Assembly (NCBI GenBank): GCA_904063045.1
Contig: CAJFCJ010000002.1
Span: 1,820,422 to 1,884,421 of the forward strand
DNA: 64,000 nt
From: Dimorphilus gyrociliatus
Taxonomy: Eukaryota; Animalia; Annelida
Direction of reading: 5' to 3'
The notes under the pieces are model-generated. The model made no database searches and was not told the DNA's origin. It saw only the letters and a list, made by a program, of their open reading frames with translations. Positions 1 through 16,096 of the stretch are shown here, piece after piece. Position numbers and translations under genes: made by a program. How positions within the stretch are numbered: position 1 is the first letter of the stretch; each line of letters begins with the position of its first letter.

Positions 1-327
1 TAATGAAAAACTATGTATGCAATCGAGCGTTGAAATTCTCTCTTATTGTATTTCTTGGTTTTACTTATCAATAGTTATAGTTCTCTTTGTAGTGTTAATG
101 GTAGTTATATGTGGTATAATTAAATTACATATAGGATGAGAGAGGGTGAATAAGGAGGGTTATATTAAGGTAATATTTGTATTATCATTAACTAAATTCT
201 TGAACACAAAATAAACAACAATTATACTTGAAAAACTCTATTAAGCCAAAATTGCTTGTCCAGATTGATCTATAGATGAGTTATCTGTTTAAATGTAAGA
301 TAAAAGAGTCATAATAAGCTAGAATAG

Positions 328-2009
<1,682 letters not shown>

Positions 2010-2127
2010 ATCTGTCAATTTTTTGGCAATCACGAATAAAAAGAACCATAGACGAAACCTGGTTGATCCACCGTAGTCGCCGATTCAGATCGCCGTTGTT
2101 CTAGAGAACAGATCCGCAGCAAATATG

Positions 2128-2164
2128 TGACGTCACAAATTGAAGATTACTGCTTTCTGATTGG
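2128..2164. promoter_or_regulatory. CRE palindrome (TGACGTCA, 2128-2135) plus inverted CCAAT box (CTGATTGG, 2157-2164) upstream of ILF2
   Basis: Exact consensus motifs 120-155 nt upstream of the ILF2 ATG. Function not demonstrated. Confidence 0.55.
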
Positions 2165-2551
2165 ACAGTGCCGCAAAATTCTCCAAAAAGATGCTAGCCA
2201 AGCTTTCTTTAATAATTTAATTATAATTTAATCCCAGAGTAACACAAAACTGTTTTTATTTGAAAAATAAAAAAAAATATTTTCAATAGCGAATTTTTTT
2301 ACTTTATGAAGTAAATAAGAGTTAAAAAGGAATATTTCGTATCCAAAGCCAAAATTTCAGTTAAATATGTTTTTTATTTAATAATTTTTTCAATATTATG
2401 AGTAGTTTTGCTCAACTAAAATACTCTAACAAACGTTGTAAATTTCATAGAGTCAAGTCAAATCTCAATTCAAGTAATGGGGCTATATCAGAGCTAGGGA
2501 ACAGTTTACAAGTTTTAAAAAAAATTTGATAAAAACAATTAAGACCATATT

Positions 2552-3996
2552 CTACTTATTTTTCTTTTTTTCTGCTGTACATCTGGGACAAAACCATTTC
2601 CCTTTAGGTTTGTGAGTTAAGTTGACACACTGAAAGTGAAACCATTCAATCGTACACTCTGGATTATCGCATCCGATCATTTCGCCGTATGACACTTGAT
2701 GGCAGAGACAATAGGTTGGTTCATTAGGATCAACAGGCATATCAAGAACATCTGAAGAGTGTGCCGATAATGATAGTAAAGGAAGACCAGTTGTTTTTTT
2801 GTCACTTCTGCAGGAAATATAACACTATACGTAAGATTGTCTAAAAACAAAAATCTAAGTAAAATACTAACTGAACTGTACCAGAACCTTTCTTTTTTGA
2901 TCTCTTTTTAGAGCTATCCTCTATATCGCTTTCATGATTCTTTTTCCGCCTCCTCTTCCCATTTTTATCAACAGCTTGGGGACCATCAGGAGATTGATTC
3001 TTTTCTTTTAAGTCAGATTCAAATCTCGCTAAATCTGAATCTAATTTACGAATTTGTTTATCAACAAGTTCGTAAGTTGCACCAGCCAGTGCTACTTTAC
3101 TATCGCTATATTCTCCTATTTCTTTAAACATTTCTTCAATTCTATTCATTTTATCAGTTTTTTCTTCTGGAGACATTGACTTTACGTTGTTTAAATATTC
3201 ATCAGCTAAATCATCTATCTCTTTTAATAAATCTGTCAACAAAAGTTAAATCTTATCAAGTTTATCATCTCAAAGTATTTCTTTACTTTAAAATGTTACA
3301 ATGCTATTATTATAAATTTTATATTTATTTAATATAAATATATGTTGGAATGTTTCTCTTATAAATGGTTTTCTGCATTTTATTCTGTGAAAATTTTAGA
3401 GAGTAAGTGTTACAGTACTACTCAAAGGTTTGGCGAGAGTGTTGTCAGTTGAATGTAAACAAATCGACACAATAAAAAGGGCGCGAAATTTCTTACATAT
3501 CCAATATCGCTCAAATTTTTTTGGGAAAATACGAAATTAATGCCATTTGCATAGAAAATCATGAGGTATCGTATTGAAGGTATATAATATGCAACTATTT
3601 TCATAAAGTGGTCTCAAAGTGAAATAAATGTGTTCAACAATCAAGAGATTTATGTAAATTTTTAAAATCAGTTCATTCTTCAAATGATTAGAAACGCAAT
3701 AATTTATTAGAATTGATTAATTTTAATAAAACCTAAGAATAAGATCTCTATTGGAGCGTTATCAGTAATAAATTAAATAAATGATCTGAGTCGAATAGCG
3801 TAATTGTATATATATTTAAAAAATAAAAATTTTTACTCTGATTCTTTTTATCTAGCTCCCTCATCTTATCGAAATTATGCTGCATTTCAGCAGGAATGCC
3901 ATCCAAACCTAAAAATAAATCATGTTTTATAGGGAATGTGAATTTTTAATTATAATTACTGTCTAAATAGTGTTCTAAATACATCGCTTTCGCCAT
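2552..3996 (-). CDS. ING5: Inhibitor of growth protein ING4/ING5-like (PHD finger)
   Basis: Exon 1 [12 protein letters not shown] (ATG at 3996). Exon 2 [24 protein letters not shown], then a 604-nt intron (3836-3233) and the ING coiled-coil. C-terminal [44 protein letters not shown] finger. ING4 versus ING5 cannot be resolved here. Confidence 0.92.
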
Positions 3997-4664
3997 TTTG
4001 TCCACCAACCAACCTACTGAAGCTTTCTTCGTATTTAATGTATTTCTAAGTAATTTTCGGAACCGGAAGAGCTCTCAGAATTGCGCACGCATAAAGCTGT
4101 TAGATAAGACTGCGCCGAGAACAGTTATCCCTCTGAAATCTAAGGAAAAACATTAGTAACATCAACACCTTTTATAATTTTGCTCTCTAATAAAGGTTAG
4201 TATTGAATATTCATTAATTTTTTGTATTGTTCTATGCCGTTGTATATTTGAATTAAGTTTTTTTGAATGAATCGTTTCTGCTGAGATCTTCAACATTCGC
4301 CTAAGTCTGTTACTATAGGACTAGTGTTTCATCTTATATGATAAAAGTATATTAAAGTAACTTAACGTTTATCAAAATTTATAGACAACTAAAATTATCG
4401 ATCGTTCTAGAATATTCCAGAACCATATTAATTTTCGTCAAGTCTCATACGTCACCAATTGAATGCTTTCAACTGAACAATAGTTATACTACCAAATACG
4501 CTTGAAAAAATATTTTTAATTGTTCCTTTTGATTGCAACTTGATTATGCAAGAAGCTTTACTCACTCTTTTTATACAATAAGATTTTAAAAACTCATTTT
4601 TTACTTAAAGATCTTTTATTTACACACTTGTACTTTTACAGTTGCTGCCTGAATAGCAGCTAAA

Positions 4665-5854
4665 ATGCCATTCGCCGCAGAAGATTACTACAGTATTTTA
4701 CAAATCTCGAGATCAGCTAATGAGGCAGATATTCGTAAAGCCTACCGCAAATTAGCTCTACGCTGGCATCCTGACAAAAATCCAGACAAGAAGGAGGAAG
4801 CAGAAAAGCGTTTTAAAGAGATTTCGGAGGCCTATGAAATCTTATCTGACCCACAAAAGCGATCTGTCTATGACAAATATGGAAAAGAGGGTTTGAGCGG
4901 ACAAGGCTCTAACATGGGTGGCATGCCCAACTTCAATATGGGTGGCTTTGGAAACTTTGGCTTTGCCTTTAGAGATCCAGATGAAGTGTTTAGAGAATTT
5001 TTTGGCGATCGTGATCCCTTTAGAGGTATTATAATTAAGCATTTCGCTAAGCTAAATTAACAGACAGTGGTGTGTCATAATTTTTTCGCGTGTAGTTCGT
5101 ATCTTATTTTCGTCTTCGAATCGTTTCTCTCATACAGATAGTGCTGATAGTTCGCTTTTGGATATAAACACATTTGTTAACGGATTTTCAGGTTTTATCG
5201 TTTGTAGTGTATGGATTAAGAATTTTAAAAATGCCATTTTATGAGTGTGTGAATGGCATTGAGCTCATTCTCTCCAGTATTTAAGCGCGAGATTTACTAA
5301 CGGTGTACTAACAAAAATGCACTTGCTGTAGGCCTAACGTTTAAAATAACGTGAAAAAATAATATATGTTGAAAATAATAATTTTTTACGTATTTTTGTT
5401 AGGCTTTGGAGCGATGTTTGAAGACGATATATTATTCGGTTTTGGTGGTGGAAGGCAACAGTAAGTATACAATTTATTGTATTTGTTTAGGAGTAATAAA
5501 AATTTGACCACCCCTTTGACGATATACCAGGAGTAGACAAGATGTCAGTCCGTTTTCTTCAAACCTTTTTTCGTCCGATGGAGGTGGCATGTCTTCCTTC
5601 ACTAGTTCGTCCTTTAGTTCTGGCGGTATGAGAGGTGGAGGCAACTTTCGTTCCGTGTCAACGTCGACCAAAATTGTAAATGGTAAAAAAATTGTCACGA
5701 AAAGGTAAATTACTGTTACTTTTTAAAAAAAAAGTCTTTAAAACAATTTTCCTATAGAATTATTGAGAACGGAAAAGAAACCGTTACGGTTGAAGAAAAT
5801 GGAGTTTTAAAATCAACAAAAGTTAATGGTGGAGCGCTGACCATGCAGGATTGA
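4665..5854 (+). CDS. DNAJB6: DnaJ homolog subfamily B member 6-like (class II J-domain chaperone)
   Basis: J-domain with HPD motif (WHPDKNP), G/F-rich region, S/T-rich segment and C-terminal [29 protein letters not shown] motif. Exons approx. 4665-5025, 5403-5460, 5530-5704 and 5758-5854. Confidence 0.9.
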
Positions 5855-6800
5855 CCAGCCGTAGTGGTTGTGCTCCTTTTCTGCACTCTAATTTTTTTTC
5901 TTTCGATTAAAGTACTAAAATTTGCATATTCATAAATATATCTTAAACACATTTGTATCTATAGCCAACAGTGAGAGAGAGTATATAACGCGAAGAGATT
6001 TTTGACTTTCCTTGTATAGGTTATTAATGTCAACAAGTCACCCAACTGAGGTTTCAGTTTAATTTATTATAATGAAAAGGTAGATTAAGATGTTGGAAAG
6101 CGATGCTATTAGACAAACTACGCTCTTTAGTTCGAGTACTTAAATCAGAGGAAGTAACGATATTTTGTATTAAAATAACTTGGAAAATTTTTATCATTCT
6201 TTCTTTGACTAGAAACAAAAAAAACCACCGTTTTTACACGATTCCGCATTCACCATGCGAACTCTTTTTTTATAATAAAAATTTGTTATATTAACACCCT
6301 AATTATCACCCAAAAAGCCTAATTCACACAATCTCATCGAAATGAAAGTCAAGATTTTCTTTCTTCACTAAATGTGCATTTATATTGCGGGATGGTAGTG
6401 AAAGAACTCTATTTTTACTTTTAAAGTTTAAAGATTTTAAATACATGGTTACAATACAATTACAAGAAAACCTTGTGAATTTTGTTTATTTCTTCTTCAG
6501 ATTCCTAGGAGTTTGACTAAACAATATATTCTACCTCTTTGAAACTTAAAGTGAAGTAGATAAAACCAATTAGAAATTGATAACATGTTAGAATTTCTTT
6601 ATTTCTGAAATATGCCGTTTAAGATTAGGGTCTTGACAGATAATGATACACTAATCTCAAAACAGTTTCTACTGTAGGGGATCTCTTTGTAAGTGGGACA
6701 CCATGTGTAAAGTTTGCACTGTGGGAGCTGGGGCTATTTTAGGATTAGGATGCACCACTAGGTGGCTCCGTATACACTACTTCGGCATTAGACTTCTGCA

Positions 6801-8448
6801 ATGGCGAGTGAAGAACTGCAATGGTGTATAGGCTTGATGAACGCAGCTGGTCGTTACCTGACAGCCGAACAGTTTGGTTATAAGATAAACGCTTCTGCAA
6901 CTACTTTACGAAAGAAGCAGAAGTGGATTTTAGAACAAGAAGACAATGTTGTATACTTAAAATCACATCTCGGAAAGTATTTAAGTTCAGATAGGAAGGG
7001 CGTTGTTAGTTGTTCAACGGAAACGAAAGGTGTCGAACAGCAATTCTGCGTTACGTATTGTGAAAAAGCTAATGGACGATGGGTATTTAAGAGCAAACAA
7101 ACTGGTTTATGTTTTGGCGGAACTGAGGATAAATTATCCTGTACAGAGAAAGAAGCAACTGAGAGAGAGTCGTGGAGTGTACAATTAGCTTTGCATCCAC
7201 AAGCACATTTGAAGAATGTTAATCGTAAAAGATTTGCAAAATTAGAAAATGAATCTATCCTTTGTATTGAAACAATACCATGGGGGAGCGATTGCCTAAT
7301 AACTTTTGAATGGCATGATGGAAATTACGCTTTGAAGTCAGCTGATGAGCATTATCTCCACAGAGATGGTTCTCTTGTCGAAGTTTTATCTAAAGATACC
7401 ATGTTCGCATTAGAAGTCCGCAGTTCTGGAGGCTATTCTGGTCTTGCTTTCAAAGATTACGAAGGAAGATTTTTAACGGCTGTTGGTAAAGGGACAATGT
7501 TAGCGAGAAATACCACTATCAGTAAGGATGAGCTATTTGTCCTAAAACAAAGCCACCCGCAAGGATATTTTACCCACTGGAATGGCAAGAACGTATCCAT
7601 TCGTCAGGGTAATGTAATCAACTACTAAAGTTAGATCTAAGTAAATACTAAACGTTTAATGTTTTGAAAATTTTTATTAGGCATGTCTCTCTCGGCAAAT
7701 CAAGATAGAACTGAAGAAGAAGAGACTCATCAAATTGAATACGATAAATCATCGTCAGGCTGGAAATTTAGGGCTCACAATGGACAGTTATGGACAGCAG
7801 TTTCGGCCGGCATTGAGGCGACAGGTCCTGACAAAGTGACGAAAGCGAATCTATTTGATTTTGAATATCTCCACGACGGTTTTATTGCTTTAAAATGTCG
7901 TATGAATGATAAATACGTTTCAGCTAAGCGAACTGGAAGTCTATCAGCTTCCGCCGAGAAGATAACAGACACGGAGAAATTCGTTTTTAATATAATTAAT
8001 AGGCCTATGATTATTTTTCGAACCGATTTCGGTTTTATGGGTTGTAAAACGCAAATGAATTCGAGAATCGAATGTAATAAAGCGTCTCACGAGACCTTGC
8101 ACTTGGAGAGTGGTAAAAATGGAGAGTACTTTATTAAAGGTATATATATATATATATATTAAAATGAAAAGCAGTACATACTTACATACTGCCACGCCTA
8201 TCTTGACATAAAATTTCATTGTCATTATTAAATGAACAGGTGGCGTAAAAGAAAGAAGATACTGGACTGTTGCGGCGGATAAAAGTATTAATGCCGATGG
8301 CCTTGAACCTTATCCATTCTTTTTCGAATTTGCCTCTCAAAGCAAAATGTACATTCGCAACGCTGACAATGCCTATATTAAGTGCGAACAGAATGGGACT
8401 ATTTGTTTAAAAGCTACTAAACAGAACGCGACTCAAATTGAATATTAA
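6801..8448 (+). CDS. FSCN1: Fascin (singed), actin-bundling beta-trefoil protein
   Basis: GL.NAAGRYLTAEQFGYKINASA..LRKKQ.W N-terminus and repeated trefoil motifs. Three exons (approx. 6801-7608, 7681-8139, 8241-8448) ending ..QIEY*. Confidence 0.93.
8141..8159. repeat. (TA)n microsatellite directly at the fascin intron 2 donor
   Basis: G|GTATATATATATATATATAT. Confidence 0.9.
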
Positions 8449-8804
8449 CCATATTCCATATTAAAATTCATGTTGCTTTCTGTCTCCTCTGCAAAAAAAA
8501 GAAGCTTTTGAGATCTTAACAGAGTTTTAGTAAAAATCTATTTTTTACGTTCTCTATTTTAATGAATATTTAAGTATATCTTTCGTGAGGTCCAATATTT
8601 TTAAATAATATTTTCTTCAATTTTCTAATATCTTTTCACTATCTATATTGTCAAAAAGAAAAGAAAAGATTTTTATCTTACTTTGCTTTCCTCTTAAACA
8701 GCTACCTATAATAATTAATAACAATTAACTTAAGAACCTAATAAAATATTATATTATATAGTATAGAATTTATGCATCATTTTCATAGAAGGTTCATATT
8801 TGAA

Positions 8805-8816
8805 TTTCGCGCCAAA
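8805..8816. promoter_or_regulatory. E2F-type site (TTTCGCGCCAAA) upstream of MRPL15
   Basis: Exact TTTSSCGC consensus about 40 nt upstream of the ATG. The ATG itself sits in a YY1-like AAGATGGC context. Confidence 0.45.
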
Positions 8817-8853
8817 TATTGTCTACTGTGGATAGCTTTTAAGGCGAAAGAAG

Positions 8854-10038
8854 ATGGCCGGCAGGATTAAACAAGCCCTAGACTTACTTAAAACTTATCC
8901 TAGAGTATCATTAGGAAATTTAAAACCTCCGCCCTTCACAATTACTAGGGTTCGTATAATAGATTTATTGCGGTTGGGTTTTTTAACATTTTCTGCTTAG
9001 TGAATAAACTGATGTTAAACAAATATTCTCTCATTATCGCTCAAAGTAACACGAGTTTATTGCAGAGGAGAAATAGACGAGGTCAGCATGGTGGATATAA
9101 GAGAGGCATGGGTCAGAAAGGCCAAAAACAGAGAGGAAGTTTACCATACATTGGACATGAGGGGGGTCAGACACCTTTTCATATAGTGATTCCTAAAGAA
9201 CCTTACTATCAAGGTTACCAGTAAGTCACTTAACTAAAACCCCTTTGGATGTTTTCTAACATTTACATTGACTTTTAGCGCAAGGAAACAATACCCGCCA
9301 TTCTCTCTTTTGCAACTGCAAAGAATGATCGATTTAGGGTTGTTAAATCCCGATGAACCTATAGATTTGTCTGCATTATTAAGGGTCCAAACCTTTCAAT
9401 TTAAACCAAGACACAATCACTATGGCTTACATTTAATCGACGAGGTTTTTATAAATTCAAGTTGACGTAAAAGTAGATATAAATTAAAATTGAAATTAAA
9501 TTTTAGGGTATTGATATATTCGAAGCTCAAGTAAATTTGGAAATTCAGTGGGCAAGTGAACCTGTGATAGCTGCTATAGAAAGATTAGGAGGTAATAAAG
9601 AGTATTCTCTTTTTATGTATCTCGTAACTTTTTATGATCCATTGCATGTTTTTCCGAATAGGAACCATAACAACGAGATTTTATGATATGGAATGCTTAA
9701 ATTATATAGTATCACCTAAGGAAAATTTCTTGAAGGGAAAACCTATTCCTCGTTGTAAGCTACCTTCTAACGACGTTGTAAAATATTATACAAGTGCTGA
9801 GAATAGAGGTTATTTAGCCGACCCAGAAAAGATAGCTGAAGAACGGTCGAAATTAGCTCAGAAATACGGATATGAACTACCCGACTTGAAAAAAGACCCC
9901 AAAAAAGATATGTTACTTAAAAGGAAAGATCCAAGACAAATATTTTTCCATTTACAACCAGGCTGGGTAGTTAATCTTCATGATAAATGTATTTTGAAAC
10001 CGACTGATGAAGACTTGTTAAAATATTATAGATCGTAG
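8854..10038 (+). CDS. MRPL15: Mitochondrial ribosomal protein L15 (uL15m)
   Basis: [25 protein letters not shown]; GRG.KG.KQRG..P..G.EGGQTPF; SL..LQ.MIDLG..NP.EPIDL; RGYLADP..I.EER..LAQKYGY.LP; KDPRQIF..L.PGWVVNL.DK.ILKP. Confidence 0.93.
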
Positions 10039-10187
10039 ATATTTGCCATCTTGTTTTTTGTATTAAAACAAATTTGTCTGAATAAAAGTAGATATAACTC
10101 TAAATATATGTATGTTTGAAAAAATTTGCATAATAAATATGCAAACAGTGATATTTTACTAAAGATGAATACAGTAAACCTTGAACA

Positions 10188-11747
<1,560 letters not shown>

Positions 11748-11966
11748 TTTTGCGGCTTCACTTTTGTAAAACACTACACACCCGTTTATCACTTACGATG
11801 TTCGGAAAACTGTTTTTGTTGATGGGAACTCGAACCAGTCGATATTTAGCTAAGGTCTGGTTCCCGACATATATATTAGGCCGAAGTGAGCGAAATGTTC
11901 CTAGAGGAACAGTAATCCAGATGAACAAAGAGAGATAACTGCTAAGAACTGAAAAGGAGAAGGGAG

Positions 11967-14900
11967 ATGGATTTTAAGAAATATATTACACTTTTGATAT
12001 GTTTAAGCTTGTGTTTATGCTATGCTGAAAAAAAAGAAAAGCTTTATGGAATACAGGATCTCTTGGAAAATCAAGAGAATACCAAATTGATTAAGCTATG
12101 GTACGAGAATGATCAGCTGGATCCTGTGGCTAGAAAACAAGTTGAAGAATATATGTTTTCCGCAGGAAAGGTAATATCGAATCAATGAAAATACTTAATG
12201 ATTAAGAACAGTTTTTGTTCTATTTAGCAACAAAAACACTGTTGTTTCATCTAATTAAGTACTTAATTATATTGCGACACGAACCTAATCACTATTGTTT
12301 TTTTTTGTTCATTACGTAGGAAAAAGAAGTTAAGAAAGTCGATAAATTCGCGAAATATAGAGAGAAGAAAGCTGATTGCCATCTTCATCCATTAGACTTA
12401 TCTCTTTACGACAAAATCTTGGAATTCAAGAAAGCAAATGCAGTTTTATTGGAATTTGATTTTAATTTTCCAGACTATAAAAACTATACGTCAGTATTGA
12501 AGTTGAAATTGCAATATTGATAATAGTCGCAATATTAACCCCTTCTTCTATGCAGAAATCCTTTATCTACCGAAGGAACAAACTTAACCTATGTTTACGA
12601 ATCGACCAAATGGTCTAGAGTATTAAGTAAGCATGGAAGAATTCTTCTTTCATTATCTTTTCACTACGGCCTATTGTCGATGTCTCTGTTACGCCTTGGC
12701 GTACATAAGATGAATATTGATTTACAAGAGACAAGCAAATATTGCCTAATGGCATATACTGTTGAAGAGAGGTTAACATTTATACGAAAATTGATTTTGG
12801 ATGATTTTAAAGTGTACGAAATAACTGAAGACGTATGGCACTCTAAAGAAGATGCCGCTTGTTTTCGATATGCAAAAAATGAGAGTGGCTACGCTAGCTT
12901 TGAATATTCGTGAGTGATTTAAAGCTTTAACGATTGCTAATATAATTGTTGCAATTATATTAATAGCATTTTCTTTTGAGTTATAGCGGTTAATGAAAGT
13001 TTTTTTATAGATGTTGCACTAGAACCATCCATGATCGGGAAGAAATCTGTAGAACATTGGAGGCTGAAAATTGGATTCTGATTATAAATCGATTGCTTTA
13101 CGCAGTGAAGGTACAAGCTAAAAATACGACAATTCATTGTTTTTTAAGTAATCTTATTAAATACTTTGCTTGCGAACTAATTAATGTTCCCACGAGAAAT
13201 TACTACTAGATCAGGCGATACTGTATGACTAATACGCGTGCAATTATTATAGGCTCCCCGATCATCATGAACTATATTTTCAGATTGCCTTACTCTTCTT
13301 TGGTCCTCTTATGCTTCAGCAGTGGGTCTATAGTGATTCTATACGTAAAACGGATTATATCATTCGGTATATTTTTTTTAATATAATTAGACTAAGATTG
13401 AACCTGCCGCGTTATTAATTAAATTTTAGATTACCAGAGCGTCTCTATAAAACAATATTATTGAGAAGGGTTAAAATGAAGGACAGAAGTTCGTCAACAG
13501 ATCCAAATGAGATGGAAGAAAAACAACAATTTCATATATTTCGTAAACTTTTAAAAACTTTGCCACCTGATAGAGTTGTTCCGATTACCTTTAAGAAATT
13601 GCATTTATTGGTAGATCATAAGAGACTTATGTCGGAACAGTCTATACCCGTTGGTCTTTTTCACACTTTCTATGAGAATCTATTTCGTTGTCAGTATCGT
13701 TTTGTTCATCCTTTTTATACATGCTGTGAGGAAAGCATATTCGGATCATGGTATCCTAGATTCCTTTGGTTTAAGCTGGGCTCAAAGTCTCAATGCAATC
13801 AGAGTTGTAGACAGTATTTATCATGGGGTCATGTTGCTAGAGTTATTGGTAGTCTACTTTTACTTACAGCAATATCTACACCATACATTCTCCGTGTAGT
13901 TATCTATTATAGATATGAGGAAGATGAAGTAGACAGACGTGATAGAGTTCGTAAAGAGCTTAATTTAAAGAAAGCTCTTGAAGGAAGTGTACTTCAGTAT
14001 CTTACACCGAATCATCCTATTCTAGTCGGGCTTTATGTAATATATTGCATCTCATTACTCCTACTTGCCTTCTTCAGAGCCTGTGATTCAGACAAATTTG
14101 ACAATATTGCTCGAGGAAGTGTTCAGGATTTACGTTGTATTTCAAGAATTCACTGCTTCCGATTAATTTTAGCACACATTTTGTTACCAATCGAAAAGTT
14201 TGGTATATTCTGCGGATTAATCATCGGTTGTGTATACTGGCCTATTGTTTTACCTATTTGCATAATAATAACACTTGTCTACTGTGTACCACTATTCTAC
14301 ATGACTGGCAGATTCCTGATTCATACAAGGCCAAAATTTTTAAGGTTTTTGTCATATTTCCTTTCGTAAAACAGAAACCTTAGATACTAATGTTCAAATT
14401 TAATATCTTTACATTTACAGAACTAAACCCTTATCCAGTCCTCGTAGAAGCTATAAAAGAGGACTATTGTCACCTTCTATTTCTGAGAGTGTAACTTCCT
14501 TTGAATCAGCCTTGCTTCTAAATAATATAAGTCCTCAAGAAAATAGAAATGATGATACGGGTATTCCAGGAGGAATACGATCCAAATCTCTAACTTCAAC
14601 AGTTGTTAGCACTACGGTTGCGATATGCTGTATCGTAGTTATGTATTGCATTATGGTAATATTAGATTTATTCGATTGTCAATTTATAAACATTCGTTGT
14701 TTTATAGCTCATGTTTGCCGAATGCGTTGGCTTTTTGATCGAAATATTCGTATTCTCAGTTTTTGGGATCGTATTAAACGTGGGCAGAGCTGCAGTATAT
14801 ATTTGCCTGTTCTTTTGGGTTTGCACACTTTGTTAAGCCTATTTAACATTCTAATAATTATACATTTATCCTTTTAGGCCTTACTGTATACTGTCCGATG

Positions 14901-16096
14901 CTATAATAGCGTATACGACAAATATATGAATTTAAATAAGGCTCTATTTAAAATGATAACTGAAAAGCTTAAAGCAGCAACGAGAGAAACAGCTCAACTT
15001 CGTGAAAGTGGTATGAATACGGCAGTAAAATATTACTCCCCAATGGAATTACATGAAACTCATTTACATGTAGGCTTAGATAAATATTCCTTTAAATAAA
15101 ATAATATCCGTTTTGAAATGCAGGAATTGCAGCTGCAAAGAGAAGATTATGCTAGTGATAGAATTGAATCATCCAGGCTTGTAGTTGAACAAGATAGATT
15201 ATGTGACTCAATCGAATATCGAGAGGATAAACTACATTGGAAGATGTTGAATATGGTGCTATTTGTCGATCATAAAGTAAAAGAAGAGTTTTTTTATCAT
15301 TTATATAGCTAATGTCGTTATCCTATAGGACCGACCTAGAATTCCGAAAGAATTATTCGAATCCGTTTGCCAAATTGAGGCGCCTGGATGTCCAGGACCA
15401 GTATATCAAAGTCTAGTACTAGCTACAAGGCATCTCTTATATATGCTTACATTTCTAGCCTTTATTGGATCTATAATATGGGGTGTTGGAAGGGTATATG
15501 ATATTCCTCCTTTGTTGCATCTTTGTGCAATTTTAGCGGCAGGCTTCATCCCTCTTATCATAAGATATGTTTTAAGATCCCGTGATAGAGATAAGGAGTT
15601 TGTACACCAGTACACTCTAGAAGGAAAAGTTCAACAGATCATCAGAAGTTTTAACCAAGTATGGCCAGTTTACGATCTATCGTTTCGAATAGTGCAAGAG
15701 GATGAAGAAGATACAGCTCCTAAACAAATGGCTGATGACTCCTCAAATCAAGAAATATCTTTGGGAATAGCTTCCAGTGACCCAACCCATGTAGATTTGC
15801 TAATATCCATTAGGGATGATGGTCTCGAAACATCCCAAGGAAGTGAATCAGCTTCCCCCGATACTCCAAATAATGCAATAACATCCGATGCGGCAAGGTC
15901 ACTCATGTCTGAACGATCCTCAGTAAGTGAAAAGCAGACAGTCGATGTCATAGTTGACTTAAATAAAGGGGGATCTCCAATTGTTAGACAGAGTATGTCC
16001 GAAAGTCCCCCCAGTAATGGAGGCCCGCAATACCAGACTCCGAGAAGTTGTTCGGCACTAGGTTTAAGTGACGACGATCAAACATCATCTGTCTAA
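11967..16096 (+). CDS. Uncharacterised large multi-pass membrane protein with signal peptide (roughly 1,100 aa)
   Basis: The separate ORFs join in frame through GT-AG introns: signal peptide exon at 11967, Cys-containing ectodomain exons (12320-13110), then about 9-11 hydrophobic segments (13080-15590) and an acidic, Ser-rich tail to 16096. Confidence 0.8.

Noticed and set aside
3422-3604. 60-aa ORF on the minus strand
   Set aside because: Lies within ING intron 2; low-complexity AT-rich translation with no recognisable motif.
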